Positions 39,530 through 51,100 of a stretch of DNA of 64,000 nt are shown in pieces (within the stretch, counting starts at the first letter, position 1; each line of letters starts with the position of its first letter). The position numbers and the translations under genes were made by a program. The notes under the pieces were generated by a model. It was not told the origin of the DNA, did not search any database, and saw nothing but the letters and a program-made list of their open reading frames with translations. Source of the DNA: Obrimoposthia wandeli (lineage: Eukaryota); contig CDROCS010000067.1 in NCBI GenBank assembly GCA_977020255.1, forward strand, positions 248,001 through 312,000. Direction: 5' to 3'.

Positions 39530-42500
39530 TAAAATTTTAACTTACACAACCTTACCAACGCTTTGGTCTCTTATTTACTCCATACTTTTATCTTCGCTAC
39601 TCGAGCTTTGTCATCGTTTCCGGTTTATAAACATAACACCTTCCCTAAAGGCTACTGTTCTCGCGCAGTGGTTTTGTCTAAGACCAACACTAAATCATCA
39701 ACTTCCAATGGCTATTTCTCTTCCAATAACTTATGCCTTGGAGCCCACATTGGTACAGCGTCTTCCATCCATATTTTCCAAATCGCACTTCCCAGATTCT
39801 GAATGAATTTCCTAATCGTTCTCCTTCAAATTTCATTTATGTGACTGCGTCTCCTATTAAAAAAATTATTTGGCGTTAGCGCTTCATTATCTTTCTCATC
39901 TGCACTCTTATAACTAATCGGCCTACTATTAATCAGATGTTTGGCTTCAATAAACACCCTTTCCAATTCTTCATCACTCAATACCGCGTCTTTCAAAATC
40001 CTAAATATTGCCCTTTTTGAAGCTTTCACCATGATTTCAAAAACTCCTCCAAAATCTGTTGTATGTGGTGGATTAAAAATCCATTGTTTATCCTCATTCG
40101 TTAAAATTTTCTGTATTTTGTAACTATATTTCTTAATCTTTTTTCATTCATTTACTACACCTATGAAATTGGTTCCATTATCCGATATCACTGTCCTAGG
40201 TCATACTCGTCTACCAATAAATATGTTAAATGCTCTTATGAACGCATCTAAACCATGAGCTAACTCTAAGTCCACTGCTCGCGTTGTTCGACAGGTAAAC
40301 AGTCATATATACCTTTCTAACCTTACATTTTCTCTTCCTTTTTTCGTCATAAATGGCCCGGCATAATCAACTCCTGAACGGCATTCCTGAACGTGCGCAA
40401 AGGTTCTTCGAATCTCAGATTGGGTAATGGAGCCATTTCTTCCATTTTTGACATGCTACACACTTGTGATACACACTACTAAACCTTCGTACTTTCAATA
40501 TCCAAAATCGTTTTTGAATTTCATTCAATACATGCTGAATTCCTCCATAATGCCTTAAAGTTTCATACTTTTTTATGATTAATCTGGACAACCAACTTTA
40601 GTCAGAAAGTATGATTGGATATTTCATCTCGTAGCTTAAAATCTCTGTATTTATTAGTCGTATATTTGCTCTCATAATGATATCGTCACCTAAAAACGGT
40701 TTCCATTTATTTAATTTTCTACTGTTTTCTATTTTTTCATCTTTGTGCAAACGTATCATTTCTTCCGTAAAATACTTGTTTTGTTCTTCCTTTAACAACC
40801 TCTTTCCAGCGATGTCTAATTCCGTGACGGTTAATTCTCAACTTATCCTATATTCCTTTGAACTTCTGATATTGTTTATGAAACGTTACACGCATGCCCG
40901 GACGCATGTTAACTTATGAAGACTGGAGTAAGTTTCAATATTGCAAAAATTAAACTGACTTGTGAATAACGTGATTTCACAGTATCTCTTTTTCTTTTCT
41001 GTATTCTTTTTAATTTCCCTCATGTTTAAATTGATCGGCCAATTTTCTCGTGTCTCCTTCAAATAATCTGGCCCTTCCCACCACATGCGTTCATCGATTA
41101 ACCTTTGCACCTCCACTCTTCTGGATAATATATCCACCGGTTTCATCTTGGTTGGTACATATCTCCACTCTCCGATCACCCTTTATCCAGTATCATTCCC
41201 ACTCTATTCGCTGCAAATGGATGGTACTTACGTCCCAGTTGTTTGATCCAGCATAGTACATTCCTACTATCTGAACAAAATACTATCTTACTTTTCGCTA
41301 CCTCCAGCGCTGCCACAATCACCTTAGCTAATTTAACTCCCACTACTGCTGCCATCAATTCTAGCCTTGGTACACTTTGTACTTTAACTGGCGCTACTTT
41401 AGTTTTCGAGGCAATAAACTTGATCGTTACCTTTCCGTTCTCTTCATTCCTTATATACCATACAGCTCCATACATTTATTAGATGCATCTATGAAAATGT
41501 GGATCTCTTCATACCCATCGTTGGTAATTAACCATCTTGGGATTCTTATTACTTTTAACCTTTTGCAATCTTTTACCCATTCTTTTACTTTTTTCATTAA
41601 TTCTGGGTTTAATTGATCATCCCAATCTACATTCGTTAACCAAATCTCATGCATCACAATATTTGCAGTACTATAATTTGGCTCACGAAACCAAACGGAT
41701 CGAATATTTTTGACAAAAAACTTAGGAATATTCTTTTCGTCATCGAGTCAATCTCTTCAAAATTGGTGGTTATGAAAAAATTGTCGGATTTAGCATCCAA
41801 AGCTACTCCCAGCATCTTAACCGTTCATATATTTTCATTATCATGGTTTTGAAGGACACTTACTCTTTCTGTAGCAGGAATACTTTTATTCATATATTTT
41901 CTGTTGTTTATTCATTTTTTTAGCCTCCATTCCCGCTTTTCCCCAGATTTCCATTATCTGCGTTTTAAATCTAACTGCTTCATGATACAAATGGACCGAA
42001 TCTAAACTATCTTCCAAGTACGTCGACTTCAGAATGGTTTCGCTCGCTCGCTTGTATCTTACTTTAAAGTTCTTGGTGTTGGACCGAGCTACGAACTGTA
42101 CCAAAAATCCGAATACCACTCTTTCAAACTCGTAAATTGTCTTCTCTCCATTTTCGCCCCGCCATAAAAATCGTAACCACGGTTGGTCTCTTTACTAACA
42201 AAACTAAACTAAACCCACTGCATTTCGTTGGAATCTTAACAGTATTTTTGACAGGTGTCCTTGTAATTTTGACCAACAGTGTAATGCGTCGTTCAAGCAC
42301 TTTCCGTGTATATTTGCCGCAGTGTCAAAGACTATTCTCATCTTTATAGTACTCCTTTCTTTCTTAATTACTGGAAATGCGGCAAAAGCCATTCTGTTTA
42401 ATCAACTTCCTCCTCCAATACCTTCCTAATATATCCTTTTCTTCAAATAACTTTATGCTACTTCAGTATATTTTTCTTTTAACTCCAGATCCTTTTCGAA

Positions 42501-42720
42501 TCTTTGAGTTAAACTCATCAACCTTTTCTCAGCTATTCGACTTTCAAATTTTAATTTGCTTTTACTGACATTCATGGCAATTTTACTTGATATCGATTAT
42601 TATTCATTTCATTTTATTTGCCACCTCTTGCAACAGACTCGTCGTTTTTGTTAAGTTTATTCTCTATTTACGGAACTGCTTCTTCTTCCCAAAAAAATCA
42701 TAAAGTACTATATAGTGATT
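39530..42720 (-). pseudogene. Bel/Pao pol (RT, RNase H, integrase), frameshifted and 5'-truncated
   Basis: KMRIVFDTAA..CLNDAL, FIDAS..YGAVWY..ASKTKVAP..PRLEL, WRYVPT..DILSR..WWEGP, DYAGPF, ISDNGTNF, LTPNNF. Confidence 0.92.
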
Positions 42721-42889
42721 TAGTGGCAGTGATATGATACGGTACACTTACAGACAAATTGGGTAATTTCAGAAGCTAAATGGTAAGCCTAGAATCGTAG
42801 GGATCTCTCGAAACCTTTCTTGGTAGAATTCAAATATCCTATGCGCCTCATCTTCAAATTTCAGTTCGCCAGGATATGTTTAGATTTTC

Positions 42890-43018
42890 ATACATTCACA
42901 TGCACGAAATTTCACTCCAGCCACATGTACAAGATTTTCCTGAGCACACATGCACAGTTTTAAAGGAGAGTGATACCCCTCGGTGGGAGAGGGATGAGAC
43001 CGGACCCATCCACTTACT
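42890..43018 (-). mobile_element. Polinton-like terminus E (right-end orientation)
   Basis: Minus strand reads AGTAAGTGGATGGGTCCGGTCTCATCC...CCTTTAAAACTGTGCATGTGTG...GGAGTGAAATTTCGTG. Confidence 0.65.
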
Positions 43019-43534
43019 TCCTATGTTTTGACTATTTCTTTCAATTTCATCTTTTTACGTTTGTTTATATTTATTTTACCACAATTCTTTCAATTGTATA
43101 CTTATGCATGTATTGACAATTGTTTCAAGTAATAAATGATGTTAAGTTTAATTTTTTAATTTCTTTATGTATCATTTATAAATATCTATTGTATATTACA
43201 ATTGTATTTAATGTTATTTTAGAATGAATCCTCTTTTGACTTTTATACGAAATGTTTTTTACCTTAAACTACTTTTCAAAGGGAAACCGTGTAATATATT
43301 TTTTTAAAAAGTATACATGTTGCAAATCCCGTGAAAAAATCCAAAATCCAAAAGAAATTTTTGATTGAAATTTAACTTTTTTATAGATTCAAACATAGTT
43401 TATAATTTTATATATTTGATTATGTATATGAAGGAAATTATGATTTTAACCTCAGACTGATTTTAGAGATAACCTTGGTTACCTGATTGGTACCCATTTA
43501 GAAGGAGAAATATAGAATATTTCAATACAGCTTA

Positions 43535-44251
43535 ATGAATACCGTTTTGATGGCGATTTCTAAGAAGTCACAGCTCAAGCCAACCTCAGTCATCGAATAT
43601 TGCGGTATGATGATTGACATTTACAAACAGGAGGTCAGATTAAACGCCACCAAATGGCACACAGCTGATGAGATAATCAACGCAAACCAATACTCCGATG
43701 ATGCAATTGGATTCTTAAATTACGTAAGTAGTGTGCTCCAATGGCCATATGTGGCAAATTATGTTAACCCAGAATTAAGAAAGATCTGTTATAGTATGCT
43801 TAAAAAATATGCGCCAACTTGGAAATGGGCAAAGATCGAGAAAAAGCAAGTTTGGGCGGCAGATGCTACAAAAACAGCGATCGCAGTAACAAAGTTAAAT
43901 CCAGACAGGATCATGTTTACAGATAAACTTAGCCAGGAAAACATTTATCTCCAAGAAGCCAGAGCTTTGCTTATCGCAATGTGGTATGCTAAGAAAGGAG
44001 ACACCATTTTATGCGATAATCTGGGACTAGTTTGGAGTATAAAGAATAGAAGAATCCCAGCAAAGATGAAGCACTGGTGGACAATCATCGCGGTGCAAAT
44101 CCTTGCAGTAATCAAGCAGCTCACGGTACAATTCGTGAGAACTGAATTCAATCCGGCAGACGCACCAACAAGATATGACGCTACAAAAGGGAGAGAAGAG
44201 GAAAATTTGGGCATCGTGCTCTCATTTGAGATGCACCAAGCCATAACGTGA
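43535..44251 (+). CDS. Reverse transcriptase thumb plus RNase H (hepadnavirus-like/DIRS-like), N-terminally truncated
   Basis: KSQLKPTSVIEYCGMMID, AADAT, NIYLQE, CDN and FVRTEFNPADAPTR. Open over 238 aa. Confidence 0.75.
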   Translation: MNTVLMAISKKSQLKPTSVIEYCGMMIDIYKQEVRLNATKWHTADEIINANQYSDDAIGFLNYVSSVLQWPYVANYVNPELRKICYSMLKKYAPTWKWAKIEKKQVWAADATKTAIAVTKLNPDRIMFTDKLSQENIYLQEARALLIAMWYAKKGDTILCDNLGLVWSIKNRRIPAKMKHWWTIIAVQILAVIKQLTVQFVRTEFNPADAPTRYDATKGREEENLGIVLSFEMHQAIT

Positions 44252-44724
44252 TTGTGTCCCTTTTTCTTTGTGTCTCAGAGAAACTTTTCTCGAAAAACCT
44301 TTTAGTACTTAGTCCTTTCGGACAAAAATGGTTTTTATCTCAGTACCCTTTGATCACTCAGTCACATCACTTCTTGCCTACTATCTTCGGATTCCAGGCG
44401 TGATGTGATTGGGTGACTTTTTATATATAAGCTGGTGATGTAAATACATAATTGCCAGTCTTATTTCGTTGTAAATTAAGCTCAAATATATTGAAATTAA
44501 TTTTTGTATTGTGTTTTATTATTTCTCTCTAAAAATAAATAAATCAGTTCTAAAAACGATTAAAATTAATTTAATAGACAGTGAGATGTTTATTATAGGT
44601 TCAAAGAAACTTGTTAAAAAAGATTAAAATTAAAAATTATATTAGTTTGTTCAAACTTGCTTTAATCACACACAAACATGAATTTTCATTCCAGGTCTTA
44701 AATAACATAAGCTTGTATACTTCC

Positions 44725-44776
44725 TTACTGGGAGAGTAGGGATGGGTTTATATTAGACCGAACATATCCACTTAAT
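44725..44776 (-). mobile_element. Degenerate Polinton-like terminus F
   Basis: Minus strand reads ATTAAGTGGATATGTTCGGTCTAATATAAACCC, similar to terminus D. Confidence 0.45.
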
Positions 44777-47361
44777 GTGCAAATTCAACTACCATATAAA
44801 ATTAATCGTTCGAATTTTATGAATGTTACATAAATAAAAAAATTAATATATAGCTCACCATGGTCACCTCAAAGGAAATAAATTGTCAGGAAGAATTTCT
44901 CAGTAACGTTTCTGTTTCAAATATGGTTCGTTTACAATGTCTCAATAAAATTCAGTTTCGAGTATGATTCATTTACAATTTCTTGTTTAATTGCTCATTT
45001 ATTTTTTCTATTAACAGGTCTCAAGCTCTTACTTGTATTTAGAACTTATCTCCTCACGGAGCTTCCATTGATTGGCTTGTAGGATAAACTCTCATCAATG
45101 CCTACCGATGTGCTCAACTGCTGCGAGTCACGTAAATGAGTCACATTTGGTGTACTTTTCCTTAAATTATTTTATTCTTTTTAAAACTCAATAATATGTT
45201 ATTGGTCAGGACTATATATATCAGCCTTTAAAAAATATATATTATAATGATTAATCCATTTCTGAACCTCAACGTAATCAATACCAAGAAACAGAAATGT
45301 ATAAATAATATTACAAAGGATAATAAACAAAACAAAACTTCAACGATAATTTTACAAATTATAGTTAAATTTATAATATTTTTAAAATTTTAGTTATTAA
45401 AGAATTATTTTGAAATTTTTAAAAAGAAATGCAGATCAATGATTTTCTAATGACAAGTGTTTCTATCAACAATAATATGCTATCGAAAACTTTCATTTTA
45501 ATCTAACCAATATAACTTTAGAACCATTTAATCCACAAATTTATGTTGAAATAATCAATAGAATGAAAATCTGAAAAAATTACTTGAGATGTTTCAAAGA
45601 AAGGCTAATTACATTAAAATATTAATTAAACCTTATGGGAAGATAGAAAGATCAGATTAAGTTAGAGATAGTCAAATTTTTCCAATCTCATCTCAACAGC
45701 ATCGAAATTTGTCCAACTCTATAAAAGGTGAATAAAATCCGAACGAAAACACAAAGAACCGCCAGAAATGAACCTCAAGATTCTGAACACAAATGCAACA
45801 TATGCATAAGCACCCAGGAGAAATAAAGCCAATTTGCGAGTTTGATAACACAACCCTATATGTATTTCTCTCTATTCAACTATAGTTTATAGATCACTTT
45901 CAATTATAAGTTAATTCCGGTTAAAATCTGGACGTAACTATCTGAGGTTGTTTGAAAGTTTCAATAATTGCAATATATATTTTCTAGTAATGTTAAAAAT
46001 TGTTAATAGTTTTTGGGAATACATACTTTAAATATTTATTCAAATCAATATCGAAAATTTAAAATATTTTTGTTACTTAAATGATTCCATCATTGGAATT
46101 TAGGATTAAACATTATAGATAAGGAAATGAAACGCAAATGCTGCTTTTATTTATAATTTTTTGTTGAATAAATGGCCAAAGGAAAGTCCTTCGCTAACTA
46201 TGGTACATAAAATTATGCTGAGAGTGAAAGATTGTATCAGTACATCATTTGACGATTCTTCCTTGACTGCTTTAAATGAACATAATGTAGAGCATAGTTG
46301 TGAAATAGCTCAATTAGATATTTCGTCGTGTTTCGTATTTTTTATATTCTTCATCAATAGTCTACAAAACAATTGAAGTTGAAACGTGTGAGATGATAAT
46401 ACCGTTTATAAGAAATCTGTACCGCAATGAATTTATCATAAATCCATTAGAACCAAGTCAACAAATCGTTCATGGTGTGCTTTACCAGAAGAAAATGCAA
46501 GTGCTTCGAAAATTAAAGGGTGATTGAAAGATGTCGTAATTAAAATTATTTTATTTTATTATTTTGATTACAAAATCTTAGAAAGTGAAATATTTTTTAT
46601 TGCTTAGGTTATATTACTTTTTTTGGATAGTTTATGTATACAATTTAAATGACTATAATTGATTGAAACAGCGTTATTGGAAAATTATAGTGAAAGAAAG
46701 AATTTTTACTATGTAAAAGTATTTTAAAGATTTCCACATTTAAAATGAATAGAATATTGTTTAATGTACGGAAGATCGCCGATAAATGTCATTAAGAAAT
46801 AAACAAGAAAAAGACTGAAGAATAGTCCATTCACATCATAAACAGTAATCGAAATTGTGAAAAATTTGAGAAAATCGGAATTTAAATGTTAAAAAAATCA
46901 AAATATCGTTCAATGTTTTGAGGATTCGAAATGGTTTCTGAAGAAGTTTTAATTCAATCACAAGAAAATGAACATAGTTTAATTAGTTCGAGAAATGTGG
47001 CTAGAACTTTGAATGTACCCGGGTCAATTATAAGATTAATGAAGTTAATACGGTGGTTTGAATTAATTTAATTCATTGCTGCTTTTGAGTCAGTTGTAGA
47101 ATTATAATTTACATAAGCATAGCCAATAGATTTTTTCGTAATCTGAAATTTCTATGCTACTGAAATATATCGTATAGAAGCGCCTTGATAATATCAGGAT
47201 GCTGATCCCTACTTGAAAGACCCGAACTCACGAAATCTATTATTAATTCTTTTTATTTTACTTTATTACAACATTAACATTACAAAACCATTTACAATCC
47301 ACCATAAATCATATCACCGATTTATATCCAACAGCATCTACACAAACCGGCACACACAGAA

Positions 47362-47640
47362 AGTAGGGGGATGTGAGGTATCAAACACAAAGTAGGTCAT
47401 ACCCCCCCTGCTGAAGTTTTTTTTTTTTTTTTTTGGTGTGAGGTCTCAGACACAAGGTCAATGAAGTCAAGGTCATACCCCCCTGTTTTGTTTTACTGAA
47501 GTGATTTTTGAATTTTTGTTTTACTGAAGTGATTTTTTAAAATTTGAATTTTTGAATTTTTGTTTTACTGAAGTGACTTCTTTTTTTTTTGAATTTTTGA
47601 AATTTGAATTTTTGAATTTTTTATTTTTTATTTTTTATTT
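47362..47640 (+). repeat. Polinton terminal region (TIR candidate) with short direct repeats
   Basis: AGTAGGGGGATGTGAGG start. TGTGAGGT..CACAA..GGTCATACCCCC occurs twice; TTTGTTTTACTGAAGTGA occurs three times. Confidence 0.7.
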
Positions 47641-48182
47641 CAAAAACTTGTGTTTTTAAAATATTATTATTTCTCATGTGAATTTTATAATATTCATGTA
47701 GGTCAACAAATTATTTATTATTTATTTTCAAAAAGTTGAAACTTTATTTTATTTACAAATGTTAGTAGAATATATTTTGTTAATATTGTTTCCTATTTTA
47801 TATGAATATATTTGGTTAATTTAGTTTCCTATGTAAATAATTAATAAGAGAGAGACATTTGAGACAAATATGTATTATAATATCACAAGAGAATCATCCA
47901 AATAAAAAATCAGAGTGTAAAATCACAAAGTCACAAAATAAAAAATCAGAGGGCAAAATCACAAAGTCACAAAATAAATCAGAAGATAAAATCACAAAAG
48001 AATTTATACAATAAAAATAAAATAAATATTACAGATTTATACAATTTGAAAGTATTGATACAATAAAAATAAAAATTTATACAATACAAAGAAAATCACA
48101 TATCAAAGAATGGATTCAATAAAATAAATATCACAAGACAAAGTAATATCACAAATAAAATAACACAAGACAAAGTATTCAT

Positions 48183-51100
48183 TCATTCAATAAAAATATC
48201 ATCGGGATAAAAATGATGTCCATAGGCAACGGATCGGTTCTTCTCTATCCATTTCCTTTTATCATCGGAACTAAATAATGCAATTTTACTGTGCCGTATT
48301 GTGAAAAGCTGATGGTTAAATGATCTCATGCGCTCTTGCTGCACTCGTTCACTTACCCCGCTCTCATATACGGCCAAGTAATTTGCATGACGAAGTTCCG
48401 TCTGCTTTAAACTAACTCCCTTCGCTCTCATATGTCCCCCTCTCTCTGAAGTAGCTAAGCTATAGCACTTTGGACGTAGAAATATCCATTGTGAATAAGT
48501 GCACACCCCCTTACTTTCATCCTTAAACTTCCCTATTTCAGTGTTTGCCAGAGTAAATAGCGGATGATCCACGGGAAATTTCGATGTGTCCAGAAGCCCA
48601 TCAGAAATCATTGCAGGCAACAAGTCAGCTTTAACATTCACATTTTTACAATGAAGGAAAAAGCTATCTGTGTCACCTGCACTTATTCTGATATCACAAC
48701 TAAACTGTTGTCGATATTTCTCGAGTTGAATGTATTGTAACTCATACATCCGCAATTTACTTAGGTCTAATACTGCTTGCCCTATATAACTTGGTCAATC
48801 TAAGACGACATTATCCTGATTTAATAAAACCGCAATGAGATTACTGTCGATTTCAATCGACCTCCGAAATTTGGCTTTGCTACAATAGGTAACGAGTTGA
48901 CTGGAAGTCTGACAAATCCGAAGGTTAATTCTCTTCATGAGATTCTCAATGAGTTTCCCGTAAAGAGAATTAACTTTCAGTTTGTAGTAATCCTTATCGA
49001 AATCTGTTGCAGCTGCAGCCCTCTTAGCCGAATTATCCTTAATATATTGTTCGAAAACATTAGTCTGTGCAAACTTAATTGCTCTATGGACGAAATCTAC
49101 TTTAGCCCCAAGGCTAACGTACATTTGAAGCAATCTTGAATGCACAACATAATGTTTCTTGGGGTAATGTGTTAGCAATAACTTTTCAGTTTTGCTTCCT
49201 AGAGGGCATTCATTTCGCGGAGCTAAGGGGAGATCATCTAATTTATTGTGAAGCTCATTCGGGATAGATAAATATATTTCCAAAAGATGAGCGTAACTAC
49301 TTTTAGAGAGGTCAATACTCGCGAAGGAAGTTAATATGGAGTCGAGTTCTACCCGATCCGTTACCCATGAAAATTCCCCATAAGGTAAAAATTGAGACAT
49401 TGCCCACCCATACAAGTTGTTCACGTCAATATATAGTAGTTCCGAACCTGGTCCCGCATCCGTCTTGTGCGTATTGACGAAGGTCATTCCTCCTCGAATA
49501 CCCTCGCGGAACATCTGGTACATCTCCGGGTCCTGTATGAGCTCGACTCTGATGGGAGCAGGAATCGGAGACGCAGGAGTCGGAGTAGACGATATGGTGA
49601 TCGGAGACGCAGGAGTAGAGGTTATGGTGATCGGAGTAGTTGGAATCCGAGAAGGTACTGAATTGACCTCTGGAATAAGCAGCGACTTGAACGCGCTAGC
49701 GAAAGTCAAGCCTGAAATGGAAATAATTATTATTAATAATAACAAAGACAAAAAGTTGCAAATAGTTGCAATAATTTTAAATATTTGCAAAAAGATGCAT
49801 TTATGATGCAAAAACATGAATTATGCTAAAATAATAATTCTTACCGGGTATACTGAAGAAGTTCAGAGGCTCCAGCCCATCGTCAGAGAGAGCCTTGAGC
49901 CGGAAAGCCGTGAAGACGTCAGCGAGCAGATACACGTCCATCTTCATGTAGATGAGCATGTAGTCCCATAGGGACGTGCACCCACTCTGAAGCCACATCT
50001 GCTCGGCTAACTGGTATTGGGCTGGAGTTATCATCGTATCCCAGATAGGAGGAAGGGACGTGATGGCGCGGAGAGCAGTCTCTGACACAGCCATATTATA
50101 AGGGAAGATGCCTTTGCCGCTGACAAGATGCGGTGGGAAGACAGAATGGGTCAAAGGCGTAACTCCCGAAAGTGAAACCAAGTTTGCGAGACCGGAATTC
50201 AAAAACTGCATTGAATCAATGAAGCGAATACAGATCCCCTTGATATATACCATTAATACCTGGAATTTCTCTGTGGATTGAGGGATCACAGAGATACTCC
50301 AATGCGGAAACTTAGAAATCGCATGTTTCAGTATATGGTGCATATCATATCCCCGTAAATTATGGAAAATTACGGGGAAGATCCTATTCAGCCTCCTTGA
50401 TAAATTACATTTTGAATGCGCGGCCCCGAGAAATTTTCCAGTCATATGGTCATGATCACGGACCTTATTGACTAGGCTCTTCTTGCACAGGTAACAGATA
50501 GTCGCTGCATTGAAGGCGACAATCTGTACGTCTGTGAGAGGGCGCATCACCTCAGCCGCGTGATTCCTGTACCAAGGAAGTACAACCGAAGTTGCCAAGA
50601 CCTCCAACTTCTTAAGGAAGTCCACGATACACAATTCTCCCGTGAATTCTGTGTAGTCGTGTGAAAAGTTACCGGTAGCCGAAATCGGAGTCATGAGCAT
50701 CCCCACAGAAATAGGGAGATGGATTTGGTGACACAGCTTCGAAATCAGCATACACAGCAAAAGGAGGAGAAATGGTTTTTGCGAAATCCGTAAATTCAAT
50801 ATATTTATTAGTGGGCATTGAATAAAGAGTCGTATGATCTTTATTCATTGTACACCTAGGAACGTGCTTATCAAAGCTAGTTTGTCGTCGGAATCCGTGT
50901 AGACATTTATAGCACCATATGCTCTGAACACGAGTTCCGACAACATTTCTGTTCTAGTAATTCATAAATGTATTGAAATTCGTGATTGCCGCATAATGAT
51001 TTTCCACATCATTCTCAATAAGCAGAAGATTGATGGGCCTAGCGTCAGGATTTGTAGTGCGGTAAACCACATCTACAAAAGGATTTTTAAAAATCTCCTG

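Noticed and set aside
30308-43018. A single 12.7-kb element bounded by termini C and E (or D and E/F)
   Set aside because: The flanking 6-mers do not match (AATGAG vs TCCTAT; ATTTTA vs TCCTAT or GTGCAA), the termini are visibly diverged, and the interrupted LTR does not resume after E.
49545-49680. Additional intron explaining the P/T/S insert in PolB
   Set aside because: The segment is GC-rich, stop-free and in frame, with no convincing donor or pyrimidine tract.
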